Below the pieces are notes generated by a model. That model was not told the origin of the DNA. It was given only the letters and a program-made list of their open reading frames with translations, and did no database searches. This document shows, piece after piece, positions 17,280 through 26,424 of a stretch of 64,000 nucleotides of DNA. The stretch comes from an uncultured Chloroflexota bacterium (GTDB taxonomy: Bacteria; Chloroflexota; UBA11872; VXNJ01), in NCBI GenBank assembly GCA_913043205.1, contig CAJWLF010000014.1, positions 226-64,225 of the forward strand. The letters are read 5' to 3'. The translations under genes were made by a program, and so were the position numbers. The stretch's first letter is position 1. Each line of letters starts with the position of its first letter.

Positions 17280-17493
17280 GCGTCACCTCTATATTCATTG
17301 ATGTATCTTTTATCAATACAGGTCTCATTAATTCCTCTATCAATTAATATAGGAATATATCGATCCCATCCACACGAGTTTTGTGTCGTTATTAGAGCGT
17401 ATATAACATTGAGATCTCTCTCTCGTGAGGTCTGAAAATATTGGGAGTAAATACCTAAATCAGAAGTCGAAGTTGGGGCATAAGTTGGGGCAG

Positions 17494-17635
17494 ACGAGTT
17501 ATTTACCTGTTTTCAGGCGTGATGCAGAGACTAATAATCAGGTCTGTTTTGCGATTTTGAACCTGTGGCGGAGACGCATGCGAGTCGAACGCACCTGCCC
17601 TCTTCATAAGACGGCACATCGGATTTGAAGTCCGT
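17494..17635. repeat. Right island boundary direct repeat (attL-like). It is the island-derived 3' part of the reconstituted tRNA-Sec plus 72 bp.
   Basis: Identical, apart from one mismatch, to 6045..6186. Sequences diverge immediately after gaagtccg on both sides. Confidence 0.85.
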
Positions 17636-17662
17636 GGGGACCACCGGGTCCCATGCATCTCC
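17566..17662 (-). tRNA. selC: tRNA-Sec (selenocysteine tRNA, anticodon UCA) with an encoded CCA
   Basis: The minus-strand sequence is GGAGATGC-AT-GGGACC-CGGT-GGTCCC-..ACGGA-CTTCAAA-TCCGA-(long variable arm)-GTGCG-TTCGACT-CGCAT-GCGTCTCC-GCCA. It has an 8 bp acceptor stem, a 6 bp D-stem with a 4 nt loop, and U33-UCA-A37. The GGACTTCAAATCC and TTCGACTC blocks match E. coli selC. Confidence 0.75.
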
Positions 17663-17670
17663 AGACTATA

Positions 17671-18330
17671 TTAGCCAGATGGAACACCCTGAATAGTTTC
17701 GCTCACCCAAAACCCAACAGTCTGGGCAACCACTCCTTCAATCAAGACTTCCGCCGAATAACTACCTATCGAATTACTTGTCGGAGGATCAAAATAGAAG
17801 CCAAAATAGCCTCTCGTAAAAGTCAGTCCAACAGGCTGCTCATACGTAAACAATACCTCATCCCCTTTTTTCCAGCGCACTCCTACAGATTCTCCACTGC
17901 GAATACCAACAAATTCAACCGATACGTAAACCCGTTCTCCAACACCGAAGACACTAATCGGGTCAGCAGGTCTTTGTCTTGAATCTAAATTACTGGTAGG
18001 AATAGCCCGTAACACCCTACCTTCTGTCAAATTTGTTTCAGGCAGCAGACTTTGTTCGGAATTAGAATCCAACGCAACATCTGATATTTCTATTGTTGTA
18101 ACAGGGGATAGAATAGGTGTTGCAGCAATCGTTGCACTGCGGTCAACAGTCTTACTTTCAACCCCAATAGCTCGAGTAGGAACAACTATCACTGTGGCGG
18201 CCGGCTCCAAATATCTAATCGTTGGAGCCAGATTAATCGTTTGACCATCTCCTTGATCACCAGATCCACAGGCAGTAACAACGCTAGTTATCATAAACAC
18301 AAAGAGATAAGACAGGATTCGTATAAGCAT
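17671..18330 (-). CDS. Hypothetical lipoprotein
   Basis: Signal peptide plus lipobox (VVTACGSG). No recognised domain. Confidence 0.5.
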   Translation of the reverse strand: MLIRILSYLFVFMITSVVTACGSGDQGDGQTINLAPTIRYLEPAATVIVVPTRAIGVESKTVDRSATIAATPILSPVTTIEISDVALDSNSEQSLLPETNLTEGRVLRAIPTSNLDSRQRPADPISVFGVGERVYVSVEFVGIRSGESVGVRWKKGDEVLFTYEQPVGLTFTRGYFGFYFDPPTSNSIGSYSAEVLIEGVVAQTVGFWVSETIQGVPSG

Positions 18331-18645
18331 TTAGGTACACCTTAGTGCACGAATTATATTAGTCCTTATCGAGCATTTAACCGTAGTTGTTTTAAGCAAT
18401 ACAACACCTCTGCATCACAAACCGTACTTAATTGTGAGATGTTACTCCCAAAAGTTACTGCATTATCAACTATTTTATTGCAGTCGGATACATATAAAAT
18501 CAAAGATCTATACTTCATAATCTATCATGCATTCTTACTATTTATGGCTTGGCCAAAACCGGATGACATTCTAAAATAAAGCCATTGAGTTGTTTAATCT
18601 CACGCCATTTGGTGTAAGTTTTAGTGTGAAGAGTCTAGGTGACAA

Positions 18646-19041
18646 GTGCAAGACACAGAGCAAATAGAAATATCGTTAACCCAGTCCGCTGCAACCGCAT
18701 TCAAGACCATTGTGGATGACCGGGAATACGATAATGCTGCACTCAAGGTTTCGGTGGCTCCTGGGGGATGCGGAGGATGGGAATACCAATTAGGGATTGC
18801 CCGGCAACCAACGGACACCGACTTGGTGACAAAGTCTCGAGGCATTAGTCTGTACGTTGACCGAGAAACCCTACCTATGTTCAACGGGGCAATAATCGAT
18901 TTTAAAGATGGTTTAATGGGGAAAGGTTTTGCAGTAAGCAACCCTAAGTCCAAGGCAGATTGTGCATGCGGACAGTCTTTCAAAATGACCGAAGGATCAG
19001 TGGATAGCGGTTCCTGTACTTCAAAAGTTGCCGGTAACTAA
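18646..19041 (+). CDS. HesB/IscA/SufA-family iron-sulfur cluster insertion protein
   Basis: C-terminal signature CACGQSF plus a conserved Cys earlier (GGCGGWEY), at the length expected for an A-type carrier. Confidence 0.75.
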   Translation: MQDTEQIEISLTQSAATAFKTIVDDREYDNAALKVSVAPGGCGGWEYQLGIARQPTDTDLVTKSRGISLYVDRETLPMFNGAIIDFKDGLMGKGFAVSNPKSKADCACGQSFKMTEGSVDSGSCTSKVAGN

Positions 19042-19092
19042 CCAAAAACACTCTCTAAGAACCGGCAGCCATTCGGCAAAGAAATATGCAGT

Positions 19093-20586
19093 TCACCTAT
19101 CGTAACCTAATGATGAAAGCGCCTTCAACACTATAGGAACCTCATCCCATGGCAAGTTTTGATTTTCGATAATCATGGTTTTTTCATGACCTTTACCAGC
19201 AAAAACCACTGTATCTTTCGGTAACGCTATAGAACACGCATGACGAATAGCTTCTCTACGGTCGTGAATTACTTCCACAAAGCCTTTATGGTCCGACCCA
19301 TCGAATCCATCAAGTATCTGTGTTGCTATTAAATCCAGATCTTCGCCCCGGGGATCTTCCATAGTTATGATTGTATGATCAGCTGATTCAGCCGCGATGC
19401 GACCCATAATAGGTCTTTTTTGTGTGTCCCGTTCGCCCGCACTACCAAATACAACAATGACACGTCCACTAGTTAACGCACGAACGGTGTCCAACACGGC
19501 CTTTAGCCCGGCCGGAGTATGAGCATAGTCGACTAAAACCCTGAATGGCTGACCTGCATCTATTTGCTCCATGCGACCCGGAACACCTGCAAAACACGAT
19601 AACGCCTCGAGTGCTGATTCTGCCGGAACACCAAGAGACCCCACACAAGCTATCGCTGCCAGACAATTTTCAATATTGAATGCCCCATGTAATGGAACCC
19701 GCACCCTATGGCGTCCCCACGGCGAATCCAATGTAAAGGCAAGTCCATCATCAAGTAATTCAGATTGTGAGGACTGTAAATCTGCCGATTGAAATCTACT
19801 ATAGGACAAGACGGGTACTCGAGCACGCTCTCGTAGAAATTGGTAGGCTCCATCATCCGCATTAAGCACCGCAACTTTTCCATATTCACTCACAGGCGAA
19901 GATGATACTAGGTCGAGCAAAAGGGCTTTAGCTTCAACATATGCTTCGTAACTCTTGTGGTATTCCAAGTGCTCATGGGTGATACGGGTGTAAACAGCCC
20001 GATTGAATGCAAATCCTTCAACTCTCTTTTGAGCAAGACCATGAGATGTCGTCTCTAATATGGCCCATTTCTTGTCATTATTAACCATGTCAGACATGAG
20101 GCCCTGTAATTCCAACGACGATGGGGTCGTTTGATGAATTTCATTAACTTGATCCACATCCCCAACCCGTCTTGAAGCTGTAGTGACGAACCCTGTAGTA
20201 ATACCAACAAAATCCAGTATTGCCGCAATTAGAGCTGACGTAGTTGTCTTGCCATCGGTACCCGTAACTCCAATCAACCCAAGCTGCTCGTCTGCACGAC
20301 CAAAAAATCTTCTAGCTACGTGGGACAGAGCACCACGACTGTCGGTCACCTGAACACGGGCCACCGATGACGGTAAGACCATATTCCTTTCTAATATCAC
20401 AGCGACACAGCCAGCTTCTACAGCTGAATTTACGAAATCATGCCCATCCAAGTCCTCTCCATCTACAGCTACAAAAAGAGAGCCTGGCCCAGCTGCACGT
20501 GAATCAAAAACTATAGTTTTGATTACAGGATCAGGACCTCGATGCTCAGCATCTGGTAAATCTTGAATGAGTTGTGTTATTCGCAA
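19093..20586 (-). CDS. murE: UDP-N-acetylmuramoyl-L-alanyl-D-glutamate--2,6-diaminopimelate (or L-Lys) ligase
   Basis: Mur ligase motifs GVTGTDGKTTT and DYAHTP. The length of 497 aa fits. Confidence 0.9.
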   Translation of the reverse strand: MRITQLIQDLPDAEHRGPDPVIKTIVFDSRAAGPGSLFVAVDGEDLDGHDFVNSAVEAGCVAVILERNMVLPSSVARVQVTDSRGALSHVARRFFGRADEQLGLIGVTGTDGKTTTSALIAAILDFVGITTGFVTTASRRVGDVDQVNEIHQTTPSSLELQGLMSDMVNNDKKWAILETTSHGLAQKRVEGFAFNRAVYTRITHEHLEYHKSYEAYVEAKALLLDLVSSSPVSEYGKVAVLNADDGAYQFLRERARVPVLSYSRFQSADLQSSQSELLDDGLAFTLDSPWGRHRVRVPLHGAFNIENCLAAIACVGSLGVPAESALEALSCFAGVPGRMEQIDAGQPFRVLVDYAHTPAGLKAVLDTVRALTSGRVIVVFGSAGERDTQKRPIMGRIAAESADHTIITMEDPRGEDLDLIATQILDGFDGSDHKGFVEVIHDRREAIRHACSIALPKDTVVFAGKGHEKTMIIENQNLPWDEVPIVLKALSSLGYDR

Positions 20587-20597
20587 TGCTAAGCCAA

Positions 20598-21671
20598 CTA
20601 TTTGCCAGCATCTCGGCGAAGATGCAGTGAATCTTTAAAGCTCCGCAATGGTATCAATAGTTTATTGATGAAAAAGTATCCATACTTGTTGACAACAAAG
20701 TCATACGTACCAGGATGCTCTATTAGAGTAGGATTAAACCCATGCTTGAACCTCCCGACTCCACGCATAGGATCTGAATCATCCTCCGGATCATCCATAC
20801 CCCAAAAATCGTATATACGACACCCCATTTCTTGAGCCCATTTAATTGCTTCCCATTGCAACACATGACTTGGCATCATATTTCTGTGTATAGCCCTGGA
20901 AGCACCATACAAATAGGTAGCCACTTCGCCAAATTTTATAACAAGTAGAGACGCAACATCTACGTTCCCATAGGAGGCAATAAGGAGGGCACCAGCATTA
21001 GGATGATACGATTGCCAGACAGAGTGATAGTAATCTTTACTGTGAACTGCAAATCCATCTCGGAAGCCAGTCTCAACCGTGTTTTCATAAAAAGACTGAA
21101 AATCTGTGGAATTCGATGCTATGCGGACCGCAACTCCTTTTCGAATGCCTAAACGGATATTGTATCGTGTTTTAGACTTAAAATCAGACATGATCTTATC
21201 TAAATTCGGAACTAGATCTATGTGTCCAGTATGCCTTATTTGCACAAAATTAGGGCTAGGTTTATATCCATTAGTAATCAGTAGATCAGAGTAATCAAAA
21301 TTGACGTTATACGCCGGTTCTACACGTAAAAAAGATACTCCCTTTGACTTCGCATACAATCGAGCATAATCCAAAAGAGCCATGCTGCGACTATCAGTCA
21401 AATCACCAATTGGACCCCTAGGAATATAGGCTAAGCCTACGTTCAACCTGCCAAAAAAAGCGGCGCGCACGCGGAGCATCATCTGAATACCGGCGATGGG
21501 AGAATTGTTATCATCAAAAACACAAAACCGTGCAATTGTCCATCCAAATTGACGCTTGACCTCTCCCCAGTTCCATCCTTGCATAAATGACGCTACATCT
21601 GATTTATCTGTCAGACAATCCCAAGTCTCTTTGTCTTTAACAAGACGTATATCGGTTTCTTTATAATTCAT
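20598..21671 (-). CDS. FemAB-family peptidoglycan interpeptide-bridge aminoacyltransferase
   Basis: FemAB-like sequence downstream of murE in an operon-like arrangement. The start is moved to MNYKETD (21671) to avoid a long overlap with ubiE. Confidence 0.65.
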   Translation of the reverse strand: MNYKETDIRLVKDKETWDCLTDKSDVASFMQGWNWGEVKRQFGWTIARFCVFDDNNSPIAGIQMMLRVRAAFFGRLNVGLAYIPRGPIGDLTDSRSMALLDYARLYAKSKGVSFLRVEPAYNVNFDYSDLLITNGYKPSPNFVQIRHTGHIDLVPNLDKIMSDFKSKTRYNIRLGIRKGVAVRIASNSTDFQSFYENTVETGFRDGFAVHSKDYYHSVWQSYHPNAGALLIASYGNVDVASLLVIKFGEVATYLYGASRAIHRNMMPSHVLQWEAIKWAQEMGCRIYDFWGMDDPEDDSDPMRGVGRFKHGFNPTLIEHPGTYDFVVNKYGYFFINKLLIPLRSFKDSLHLRRDAGK

Positions 21672-22338
21672 CTTGGTCCGCTCGAAGGGCCTCATGAATA
21701 GCGACACTACCAAATCCATGACGCCTATACGACACATCTTTAAACCCAGCGGCAACCAAATCGTCAGTTAGCGCTTCTGCCGAAGGGAACCTCTCTACTG
21801 ATTGAGGAAGATAACTGTAAGCCGATGGATGACCACTGACAATGCGACCAAGTATTGGAACAATACGCCCGAAGTAGAAACGAAAAAGCTGTGCTAATGG
21901 CCCTCCACCCATGGGGGTCATTTCCAAAATTACTAAGCGGCCACCGGGACGTAAAACATCCGCAAAACCCGAAAACAACATTTGTCGTTCTTGTATATTA
22001 CGGATTGTGAATGCCGTAACTATACAATCTATACTACCTACTGGAACGGGCAGTTTTCGAGCGTCTGCCTGCACATAAACACTACTGGTTCTCCTTTGAG
22101 CAACACTGAGCATGTTGAACGCAAAATCCAGGCCCAAACAAATTTGAGGAGATTTTGCATGCCTACTAACGATCTGGCTCAAATCCCCCGTCCCTGCACC
22201 TATATCTAGTAGAACGGTCGGCTGGTCTTTTAAAGCCATGTCGACCAAACGTCTACGCCACGATCGATCCATCCCAAAACTCATTAATATATTCATCAGG
22301 TCATAGCGTGAAGCTATGTCTTCAAACATATCTTGCAC
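21661..22338 (-). CDS. ubiE: Demethylmenaquinone / ubiquinone C-methyltransferase (UbiE/MenG family)
   Basis: MQDMFEDIASRYDLMN...DIGAGTGDL... is a class I SAM-MT with the UbiE N-terminal signature. Confidence 0.85.
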   Translation of the reverse strand: MQDMFEDIASRYDLMNILMSFGMDRSWRRRLVDMALKDQPTVLLDIGAGTGDLSQIVSRHAKSPQICLGLDFAFNMLSVAQRRTSSVYVQADARKLPVPVGSIDCIVTAFTIRNIQERQMLFSGFADVLRPGGRLVILEMTPMGGGPLAQLFRFYFGRIVPILGRIVSGHPSAYSYLPQSVERFPSAEALTDDLVAAGFKDVSYRRHGFGSVAIHEALRADQDEL

Positions 22339-22363
22339 TTCCTCAGAAGTTAGCAGACCTTTT

Positions 22364-23362
22364 TCAGGCGATCCGGTTGAACACGTAATAAGTTAAATCC
22401 TCCAACGCATCTGTGTATTCAGATTGCGGAAGTCCTTCGAGAGCGGCACGTGCACGCACTGCAAACTTGTCAGCTATTTCAAGTGATTCTCGTACAGCAC
22501 CAGATTCTTCTAATTCAACGATCGCATCATCAATGTCGGACGTAGATGGCTGCAGTGTCCCATCAATAAGACTATGTACTAGCGAGTCACTTGACACACT
22601 ATTTTCCAAGTAATGAATGATAGGTAAAGTCAACAGGCCTTGGCGGAGATCATTTCCTATAGGCTTGCCAGTAAGATGGATATGTCCTCGGACATCAAGC
22701 ACATCATCTGCTATCTGGAATGCTAATCCTAAATTAGTGCCATATTGCCGCATGCATCGTTGCTCATCTTTCGATTTACCACTGAGATTAGCAGCTGCCT
22801 CGCAACACAACGCCAACAGTGAAGCAGTCTTACCACCTATTTTAGACATATATTGTTGCCTCATGGTCGTCCCATCACCGGAAGAACCAGGTGATTCGAA
22901 TTCGCTGCGTGACATATGCATAATCGTGTCTGCAAACATACGGACAATACTAGGTCTCTCAAGCTCTGCCACCAAATCTGCTGATACTGCAAACAGGTAG
23001 TCTCCAGACAACACTGCCGCAGCGGATGACCAAGCAACATGAACAGCATCCTGCCCTCGTCGTGAAGACGACTCATCCACCATATCGTCATGTATCAGCG
23101 TGGCTGAGTGCAGGCACTCGGTAGCAGCAGCCAGATCAACAGTTTCTGTGTTAAGACGGCCGAACATACCAGAGGTAAGGAAAACAAGCGCAGGTCGTAG
23201 TCTTTTACCAGGTGCTCCAAGAGTGAAGCCAAGCACCGTACCTAATAGGGAACTATCTTCCCTAGCAGCAATTCTATTCAATTTTTCGTTGCTTAGATCT
23301 ATCCATTCTGATACAGGATCAACTATATCTTCTAACTGCAATATTGATTTATCCATTGTCAC
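22364..23362 (-). CDS. Polyprenyl diphosphate synthase (hepta/octaprenyl type, trans-IPPS)
   Basis: Two aspartate-rich motifs, LIHDDMVD and FQIADDVLD. Confidence 0.85.
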   Translation of the reverse strand: MTMDKSILQLEDIVDPVSEWIDLSNEKLNRIAAREDSSLLGTVLGFTLGAPGKRLRPALVFLTSGMFGRLNTETVDLAAATECLHSATLIHDDMVDESSSRRGQDAVHVAWSSAAAVLSGDYLFAVSADLVAELERPSIVRMFADTIMHMSRSEFESPGSSGDGTTMRQQYMSKIGGKTASLLALCCEAAANLSGKSKDEQRCMRQYGTNLGLAFQIADDVLDVRGHIHLTGKPIGNDLRQGLLTLPIIHYLENSVSSDSLVHSLIDGTLQPSTSDIDDAIVELEESGAVRESLEIADKFAVRARAALEGLPQSEYTDALEDLTYYVFNRIA

Positions 23363-24177
23363 CGTGTTTGCCCCAATCCAAACAATCGCCGCGCATTGCC
23401 GGTAGTCATAGAAGCAAAGTCGTCTACATTCATCCCTATTGTTTCAGCAGCAACACTCGCCACCTTCACAACATAGGAAGGTTCATTACGACGACTATTT
23501 ACACCCCGCGGTGTTAGGTACGGTGAATCCGTTTCAATAACTAACTTATCAGACGGCACAGAACTCAACGCCCCTCTCACTAGTACCCCAGATGAGTATG
23601 TAATCAGACCTGCGAAAGAAACATACAATCCCAATTTGACCAATTCCCCAACTTCCGATCTGTTCCCGGAAAAACAGTGTGCAACAGCTACTCCATCAAA
23701 TTGCTGCAAATTATCTAAAACATCATCAAATGAATTACGCACATGAATTATCGCAGGTTTATCATGCTTCACAGCCAAATCCAAGTGCCACAAAAACGCT
23801 TCTCCTTGCACCTCCTTAGCATAACCTTTCCGATAGAAATCCAGACCTGTCTCCCCGATCGCAACCACAGATGGGTCATCAGCCAACTCACTAATCGCGC
23901 ACCTAGTTTCTGTGTCCAAATCACCTGCATCTAGAGGATGTATGCCGACAGCAGCGTAAACGTGATCAGGATAAGACCGTGCCAACTCTACGGCCCGATA
24001 ACTTGAATTCAAGTCATATCCAGCCACCAAAAACTGACATACCCCGACCGACTTTGCTCGCCGAATAACATCCGCAACATCCTCGGTAAAAGCATCTGCA
24101 TTGAGATGAGTATGTGTGTCGAAAAAGACAGTCATAGGAGCCAGGTTAGTCGATACGTGGAAAGATTGGCTTGCCAC
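23359..24177 (-). CDS. tatD: TatD-family metal-dependent hydrolase / DNase
   Basis: FDTHTHL ... IGETGLDFY ... are TatD motifs. Confidence 0.85.
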   Translation of the reverse strand: MASQSFHVSTNLAPMTVFFDTHTHLNADAFTEDVADVIRRAKSVGVCQFLVAGYDLNSSYRAVELARSYPDHVYAAVGIHPLDAGDLDTETRCAISELADDPSVVAIGETGLDFYRKGYAKEVQGEAFLWHLDLAVKHDKPAIIHVRNSFDDVLDNLQQFDGVAVAHCFSGNRSEVGELVKLGLYVSFAGLITYSSGVLVRGALSSVPSDKLVIETDSPYLTPRGVNSRRNEPSYVVKVASVAAETIGMNVDDFASMTTGNARRLFGLGQTR

Positions 24178-25672
24178 CAGGCACCAAAGAACCTGGAGCT
24201 AGCACATTCCATGAAGAATGCTCTTCCCAAGAGCCATCCGAAAGGTTGCCCGCACCCAGTTGACTAAATACACGCTCTGCCGTGTGTGGCATAGCAGGAG
24301 CAATCATTACGGCTATCTGACGCACGGACTCGGCAAGGTTAACTAATATCGTATCGAGCCGATCAGAAGCAGAATTATCTTTGGCCAAACGGAACGGTTG
24401 AGTCGCATCCACGTAACGATTAGCAGCCGCAACAAATACCCAAACCGCACTTAAAGCTTCACTAAAATCCCACTCCGAATAACATCTATCTACAATAGCC
24501 CAGGTTCTACTGGCTGCCTCAAAAAGAACCTTGTCCTCATTAGATGGGTCTTTAGCCTCGGGCAATACCCCGCTACAGTACCGCTCTATCATAGACACTG
24601 TCCGGTTAAGCAAATTGCCCATGTCGTTTGCCAAATCACTGTGATAGCGCCTGTGAAGATTTTCCCAGACAAAGCTACCATCCCCCTTAAACTGAACTTC
24701 CCTAAGTAAGTAATATCTGAGCGGGTCAACACCATACTTTTGCGTTATTTCTCTCGGATCCAACACGACCCCTCGAGTCTTACTCATCGCTTCACCTGCA
24801 ATATCGATCCATCCGTGTCCAACAATCTGAGATGGTAAGGGTAGGCCAACTGACATAAGCATAGCTGGCCAATATATCGCGTGAAACCTGAGAATATCCT
24901 TACCAATAACGTGAGCATCTGCAGGCCACCATCGATCAAAGACACTATCGTCTTTACATCCAAATCCAACTATCGTGCAGTAACTGATTAATGCGTCAAA
25001 CCAAACATAAATAACTTGCTCAGGATCACCAGGCACAGGGATACCCCATTTAGCGTCAGATCGAGACACACTGAAATCTTTGAGTCCGCTACGGACAATG
25101 TTTAACACCTCATTGCATCTAGATTCTGGCACGACAAAATTAGGATTTTGTTCAAAGTGGTTTATAAGGCGGTCCTGATATTTAGACAACGAAAAAAAAT
25201 AATTTTCCTCAGAAAACCATTCTGGATTCGTCGCATGCACAGGACATAATCCGTCATCGAGATCAGCTTCTAAATAGTAATTTTCGCAAGAAAGGCAGTA
25301 CCATCCCTCATACTTGCCCTTGTATATATCGCCAACATCCATTGCCCGCCGGAAAAATTCTTGCGCAGCCGCAACATGCCTATCTTCAGTAGTCCGGACA
25401 AATTCTGTGGCTGATATATTTAGATGGTCCCATAGGCTTTTAAATGTAGGCGACATCCGATCTACAAAATCTTGAGTATCCTCACCAGCTGCGCCGGCAG
25501 TCCTGTCAACATTTAGGCTATTCTCGTCCACACCCGTGGCCAAAAATGTTTCATAGCCCTTAAGCCTCTTGTATCGAGCGACACAATCCGCACCAACTTT
25601 TTCAAACGCATGACCCAAGTGTGGCTCACCATTTGGGTAATCCATGGCACAGGTTAAGTAATACTTGGACAA
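24146..25672 (-). CDS. metG: Methionyl-tRNA synthetase (short form)
   Basis: Class I HIGH-like PHLGHA and KMSKS-like AMSKTRG motifs, plus a Zn knuckle (CLSCENY...CPVH). Confidence 0.9.
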   Translation of the reverse strand: MSKYYLTCAMDYPNGEPHLGHAFEKVGADCVARYKRLKGYETFLATGVDENSLNVDRTAGAAGEDTQDFVDRMSPTFKSLWDHLNISATEFVRTTEDRHVAAAQEFFRRAMDVGDIYKGKYEGWYCLSCENYYLEADLDDGLCPVHATNPEWFSEENYFFSLSKYQDRLINHFEQNPNFVVPESRCNEVLNIVRSGLKDFSVSRSDAKWGIPVPGDPEQVIYVWFDALISYCTIVGFGCKDDSVFDRWWPADAHVIGKDILRFHAIYWPAMLMSVGLPLPSQIVGHGWIDIAGEAMSKTRGVVLDPREITQKYGVDPLRYYLLREVQFKGDGSFVWENLHRRYHSDLANDMGNLLNRTVSMIERYCSGVLPEAKDPSNEDKVLFEAASRTWAIVDRCYSEWDFSEALSAVWVFVAAANRYVDATQPFRLAKDNSASDRLDTILVNLAESVRQIAVMIAPAMPHTAERVFSQLGAGNLSDGSWEEHSSWNVLAPGSLVPGGKPIFPRID

Positions 25673-25896
25673 ATTTTATCAACATTCTCAAAAGATATGG
25701 ACCTGAAATGCTAGCACGTCTTTAGCCTTTCATTGGACCGATTTTGAAATTCTTCAGAGTGATCAGTCATCTTATTATTGCCAAAACCAACAGTTCTCTA
25801 ATATTATCTACTAAATCGCTATATTTCATTAGTTATTATTACTTTGTTTGGTATCCCTTGAGACGGTAGACGGCCACATCACTTAAGGAGAATAAA

Positions 25897-26424
25897 TTGC
25901 CCAGTATTCAATTATGGTTGGTTGAATTGCATAATTTCAACAATAGCAACCTCACGACAGATGAGTTGGTAAAACTGAGTACATCCTCTGCAAAGTCATC
26001 GAACATCCAGGTTGAAGAGACCGTGATATCAAGCAATCAAGACCGTATTTATTTGGTCTTGAGTCACGATCAACCGGAGGACATCTTACGACTATCCAAG
26101 TCATTACCTAGCGATTTTGATGGGCCTCATAAAGTTCGTTTCATTGGCACACCCAATAACCAAGAGGTTGCTAACCCGGACTATCTTGTCGAATGGAAAC
26201 TTCCCTCTGAACTGACGATGGAACAATATTTAAAACGAAAAAAAGAGAAAGGCCCTAGGTACGCAAGAGTTCCAGAAGTTACTTTTCTGCGGACCTATGT
26301 TAGAGAAGACATGAACAAGTGTTTATGCCTTTATGGGGCCACCTGTGAGGAAGACGTTGTAAAAGCAAGAGCGGCAGTCGAGACTCCATTTGACAGCATT
26401 GTGGAGATTCAACCCAACACATGA
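25897..26424 (+). CDS. Hypothetical protein, possibly a tandem DUF4242-like protein
   Basis: The C-terminal half (..VPEVTFLRTYV.ED.NKCLCLY.A..EEDV..A..AV..PFDSIVEI) resembles the DUF4242 pattern. This is a weak call. Confidence 0.35.
   Translation: MPSIQLWLVELHNFNNSNLTTDELVKLSTSSAKSSNIQVEETVISSNQDRIYLVLSHDQPEDILRLSKSLPSDFDGPHKVRFIGTPNNQEVANPDYLVEWKLPSELTMEQYLKRKKEKGPRYARVPEVTFLRTYVREDMNKCLCLYGATCEEDVVKARAAVETPFDSIVEIQPNT

Larger units (their letters stand above)
6045..17635. mobile_element. Integrative genomic island (prophage-like or integrative mobilisable element) inserted at the tRNA-Sec (selC) gene
   Basis: It is bounded by the 142 bp direct repeat. It carries a tyrosine integrase next to the intact tRNA, an XRE repressor, an excisionase HTH, a primase, an SSB and cargo genes. 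Cargo genes are visibly more A+T-rich than the flanking core genes. Confidence 0.8.
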
